Assembly (NCBI GenBank): GCA_030141605.1
Contig: JAQGDQ010000067.1
Coordinates: forward strand, 496,001 to 560,000
Source: Tubiluchus corallicola
Lineage: Eukaryota; Animalia; Priapulida
Direction: 5' to 3'
Length of the DNA: 64,000 nucleotides
Shown here: one piece after another, positions 53,919 through 64,000 of the stretch
Layout of the letters: the number at the start of each line of letters is the position of its first letter
How positions within the stretch are numbered: the first letter of the stretch is position 1
The notes under the pieces: model-generated
Seen by the model: only the letters and a program-made list of their open reading frames with translations
The model's database searches: none
What the model was told of the DNA's origin: nothing
Program-made: the position numbers and the translations under genes

Positions 53919-56084
53919 CTTTTCTAAAAATGACAGCTCAAAAATTCCAGCTGCGAGTCTAGGGAAAGTTGTTGTTAAGGACCTGATAAACCTCAAATAA
54001 TGGAGAAAATGATCTACTGAATCTGCTGTGTGCAGTGAAAAACTAAAAACCATCTTTATCGCATTACATTAATTAAGGCACAACTTTGGAACTCCTGAAA
54101 TAATCTCAGATATTATAGATTAAAATGTAGTTGTGAGTATTGATAATAAGAACTTTTTTTAAACAAGTTGTAATAAATTGGTGTTAATTTTACTGTAAAG
54201 TGATGCATTTGCCTTCAGCAGTGTGTTTTTATTAACTAACACTGATTGATTATCTCTGTAAAGTTTTTATCAGTGATTATCAATGTATTTTAATGGCAAA
54301 TGAAGATTATTATATATATATATAAAGTCAATGCCTTACTTGTCATGTTATTTGTCTGTGATCATCAGCTCAAGTTTAAAAATTGCTTATATCTATTTGT
54401 TGTACTTTCCGTGCCTTCATTTCTTAAACTGGATTGTGCTAATGTACCTATGAACAACTGTTTAAAATAGTTATTTACAATAATTGTTCATTTATATTAT
54501 AATGATTTATGGTAGTCATGTATGAAAAGCGGTGTTTTTCAATACAAGATTCAGACTTGAACATACTGTGCAACTGATTCAACACTGCCGTAAAGTAGAA
54601 ATTCTTGTATGAATTTAAAATGTTTTAGCAAGTCTTATCAAGTGAAAGCATTTGCTTTGTGGATTGCTAATTATTTTTATTGTCATTATCTTTGGTGTAA
54701 ATTGAAATCACTCTTATAATAAATGTTACCAGAAAGACACGATCATTTAAGTTACATTTATTTCAATATGTGCTTGTGTTTTTAATTCACCAGACTGAAA
54801 ACTTCAATTACTTTTTAGAAAATTTCTCAAGCAGAATAAATTAGCAGTACACTGCTGCAAAGAGAAAAACAACAAATAAGCATGATCATTGGTTTTACTG
54901 CAATATCAAATACTGCTGTACAAATTCACAACACATATCAGCAATGTTATTCAATGGGTTCTTGCAATGAAATTCATTATAGTTAGTATAGTTGCTAACA
55001 GCATTATAGTTTCAATGCTGTATAATTTATACAACATTGTAATGCTACCTCTATGAACTCTATGTCAATTTAGGAATGAACATCCACTGTGATAACACGT
55101 AGCCAAAACAAAAGCGTGAAAGAAATCTGCCTATCAAATTATATGATTTATATGAATGAATTATATGAATAACAAGAAAGATGTAGATTCCTACATGGCT
55201 TTACTATCTGCATTTCTGCACTGCAGGCTAGTGAGGCCTAGTGCACACTTGCTAATTTGCCCAGCTGCCGAATTTTGCACTGATTGAAACACAAAGTCTG
55301 ACTGCTAGTAAGTGAAAAGTACAGAAATTCTTGTACAACACACATCTAACAGCACATTACTGTCCCATTCTGCAAAAATAACTGTAACTGCTAGTCTGAT
55401 CAAACCGTGAAATCATTCCAAATTTAAAACAACATACAATGCCAGCAATTTTTTCACAAGTAACATATCACAAATAAATACATACTAATTATAATGAAAT
55501 AAACTTATATTCTCCAGGCACTGTCTTCAATGCCAAATATAAAAGCTTACATTTCAATCGCTTGATAAGGTTTTTGGAGTGGCTATTCATTTATTACGCA
55601 AATGAAACATTAGCCTGCTTACAACACTGTTCAACGCAGGCTGCAGTTATATTCTGTGAACACATGCCCAGGTGCAACAAAAATTACCTTGGTGTGCTAA
55701 TAATAGCCTGTGCTAATGAGCGGCAGTGTAGATCAACGTCGCTGCTACGCTGACTTGCTGTACAAGCACAAAGCAAAATTTTAATCCATTATTTTGCAAA
55801 AAAATTGTTCAAATACAGAAAATGAAGAAAGCAACAGAACTTATTTTGTTCTTATATGATTTACTTGCACGTTAGTCATTTCTTTTCCAAATTTCGTTGA
55901 ATTTGGAGGTTTGAAAGTTTAGTTAATAAGGCCTTGTTTTTACCCGCCCCAGATAACAGGTAAATATATGTAACCGTCGGGAAGGTGATAAGCAAAATAA
56001 ATGCAATTGTAAAATGATTCAAGAAAAAGAAAAAATCACGTGAAATCTAAATGCAATTTTTTCCTGGTTTTTCCCCCTGAAGAT

Positions 56085-56220
56085 AAGTCACAGCGAATCC
56101 AGGCAATAAAGTTACAGGTAAAAAAAGCACAGGAAAAAAGAAATAACTCTAACACTAACCAAAACTAATAGTGACTTTTTTCCTAGCCAAAATTTTTCCA
56201 TGACTTTTTTCCTGTGATTT
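56085..56220. repeat. Palindromic MITE-like repeat (AGGAAAAAA… / …GTGACTTTTTTCCT) with a CTAACC core
   Basis: Inverted sub-repeats CACAGGAAAAAAG and CTTTTTTCCTGTG flank ctaacactaacc. Confidence 0.55.
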
Positions 56221-56459
56221 TATTAGTTTAATTATTACCAATCACCAACACAGCAGCGATCTGAAATGTTTTGTTTCTCATTTTTTGTTAACTGTGAGAT
56301 TTTCATTAATTATTGCTATCTTTAAGACTGCGAGTTAAATTTATTTTATGTATTTGTTTAGCCTGACATGCCAAACATAAAATGAAAAGTTAATTAAAAA
56401 CTTATTAAACTATACAATATATTTACAGACTGTCTTTTGCCAACCTGCAAAAGTTAATA

Positions 56460-62193
<5,734 letters not shown>

Positions 62194-62460
62194 AACGATA
62201 ATTTCGCGGTTTCTTGGCACTACTTAAAGCGTTATAGAATTCTGAGTTAACTGTGACTGCTTCGTCACTCCTTTGCAAACCTTGCAACAATGCTAACAGT
62301 ATCAGATAGACGTGCGAACAAATAGCTTCACTTACAGAACATATAATATATTTTCCAATGCATTATAAATAATCGAAATCGTGCAAGTCATGCTAAACTT
62401 TACATTTTTAACTTGCTATAGCATGCTAAGAAAGTATCTGCGCCATAACGAGGTCCTAAA
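62194..62460 (-). promoter_or_regulatory. Probable POLR2F 5'UTR/promoter
   Basis: Local CpG enrichment immediately upstream of the ATG in an otherwise CpG-poor window; no TSS can be placed. Confidence 0.45.
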
Positions 62461-64000
62461 TCCCTTAAAATATCAAACTATTCAAATCCTGCTAAAGGGT
62501 GCTACCCATGCTAATTAAGACCAAGAACACTAATTAAATTACAAGCACGCATAAAACATTTATCTGCTAAAGATGTTAACAGCACGAAAAAATTTCTAAT
62601 TCACATTGAACTATGTGTACCGCCATCCTTACCTAGACAGTTTAACTGCACAGAATTCTGCATGTTTTGGGCAACAAAACACTTTTACTAATTAAAAAGA
62701 GTTCTCACATTTCTGCAAGAATGAACTTATTATATGCTGGTACATTAATTTTCATCTTCATGCATAGGGTCTTCAAGATAGGGAATGGTATTGTGTATGA
62801 TAATGAATATATTTGGGGCTTAACGAGTAGGGTAAGCTAAAGCATCGGTGTGCTGGTTTCACTGCATAGAGTTTTGGCTAACTACAGCAGTAGTAGTAAT
62901 AAAATTTTATTTTCAGCCGGGTTAGTAATAAATTTAAACATTCGCTAAAACAGGTGTTTGCTAACAGTGGATGATTGATGATACGTACAATAAATAAAGA
63001 CGATGAAATGAAATGACACATTATGTAAATAGATCGTTTCATGGAAGATATATCCTTAACGTTAGTTTTTGTTACATGGGGGATTAATACATCAAAGAAA
63101 CTGCAAGCCTATGATGCTTTAATTCATTGTTCAGGAGAGTTAACGATGCTCCAAGATGACCATAAAATTCTGATGAACAAAATTTTATACATAGCTGAGC
63201 TATACTGACATATGTCAGCTAAGTATGCATCTGGACTGGGCATTTCAGAGTAGAGTTTCCATTCAGTGATCATTTACGTGATTCCAATGGGTAATTTTTG
63301 TCAGAACACCAAAGGCACGAGTATGTGGCAGCAGCAGAAAAAAGATTAAATTGTAGCCATTTTTGGCTAAAGAGATCTTTAGAATGGATCATCAACTGCC
63401 AGTCGATGATGAGTCTCCAGCATCCAGTCATTTGAAGAGTTCATGCTTATAATTCATCCAATTTAGCAGGAAAGTTGTTCAGTTAATTGATGTAGTCCTT
63501 GGTATGTTTAAATTCCATAGTAGGAAATGTCCACAGTTAAGGTAAAAGAAACGTCAAGGGTGCGGCTCAAAATGGCGTCTTGAATTATAACATTGTAGTT
63601 AATGTTTGTATCAGCCTCAGCCCACAAATGGTGTGGTTATCCTAGAATGTGACATGACTGACGTCACAGATATACAAGCTTGTTGTAGGGAGGACATGTT
63701 GTGTTGGAAATACTGAGTCACTGAAGAGATTTAGCGCTACTGACCAGCTTCAGAGAGGTTGTTATGCAGACCCAGCTGACACATTAAATACACTGTATAT
63801 CTGGGTACGACTCTACCAAAGTTCTATTTTTACCTATCCAACTGTCAGCAATGTGCCGTTGTTCATGGCTCATCTTTTGCTTTCAAATCCATCAAGGGAG
63901 ATTAATTGCCTCATGCATTCATCCTTGGGCCCTTAATTGCCCTTTTTTATATTTATCAGTAATCTTGTAATTGATATTAATGTTCAAATTCGACTGTTTG

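Noticed and set aside
63048-63060. U12-type ATATCCTT donor / TCCTTAAC branch motif
   Set aside because: No supported exon context or matching acceptor in the window.

Overview
AT-rich, intron-rich animal (invertebrate-like) genomic DNA, not prokaryotic. I reconstructed three spliced genes by hand from splice sites and phase continuity. (1) A minus-strand short-type ABCC/MRP transporter most like ABCC5, with 25 coding exon positions from 34503 down to 4518; the last TM helix and NBD2 lie off the left edge. (2) A complete plus-strand ANKRD42-like gene (11 coding exons, 43627-53918). (3) A complete minus-strand POLR2F/RPB6 gene (5 coding exons, 62193-56460). Introns and intergenic DNA hold many decayed non-LTR retrotransposons (CR1/L2-type, one with a 2A-like motif), a Penelope-like remnant, TIR MITEs and microsatellites. 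The main observation is in the ABCC5-like gene: two tandem, paralogous, 108-nt, phase-0 exons (20489-20596 and 19343-19450) encode highly divergent versions of the pore-lining TM6 helix of TMD1. They look mutually exclusive, and the flanking introns carry short complementary elements that could form competing RNA pairings around the first exon's 5' splice site. All family assignments are from recognised motifs; no database search was run.
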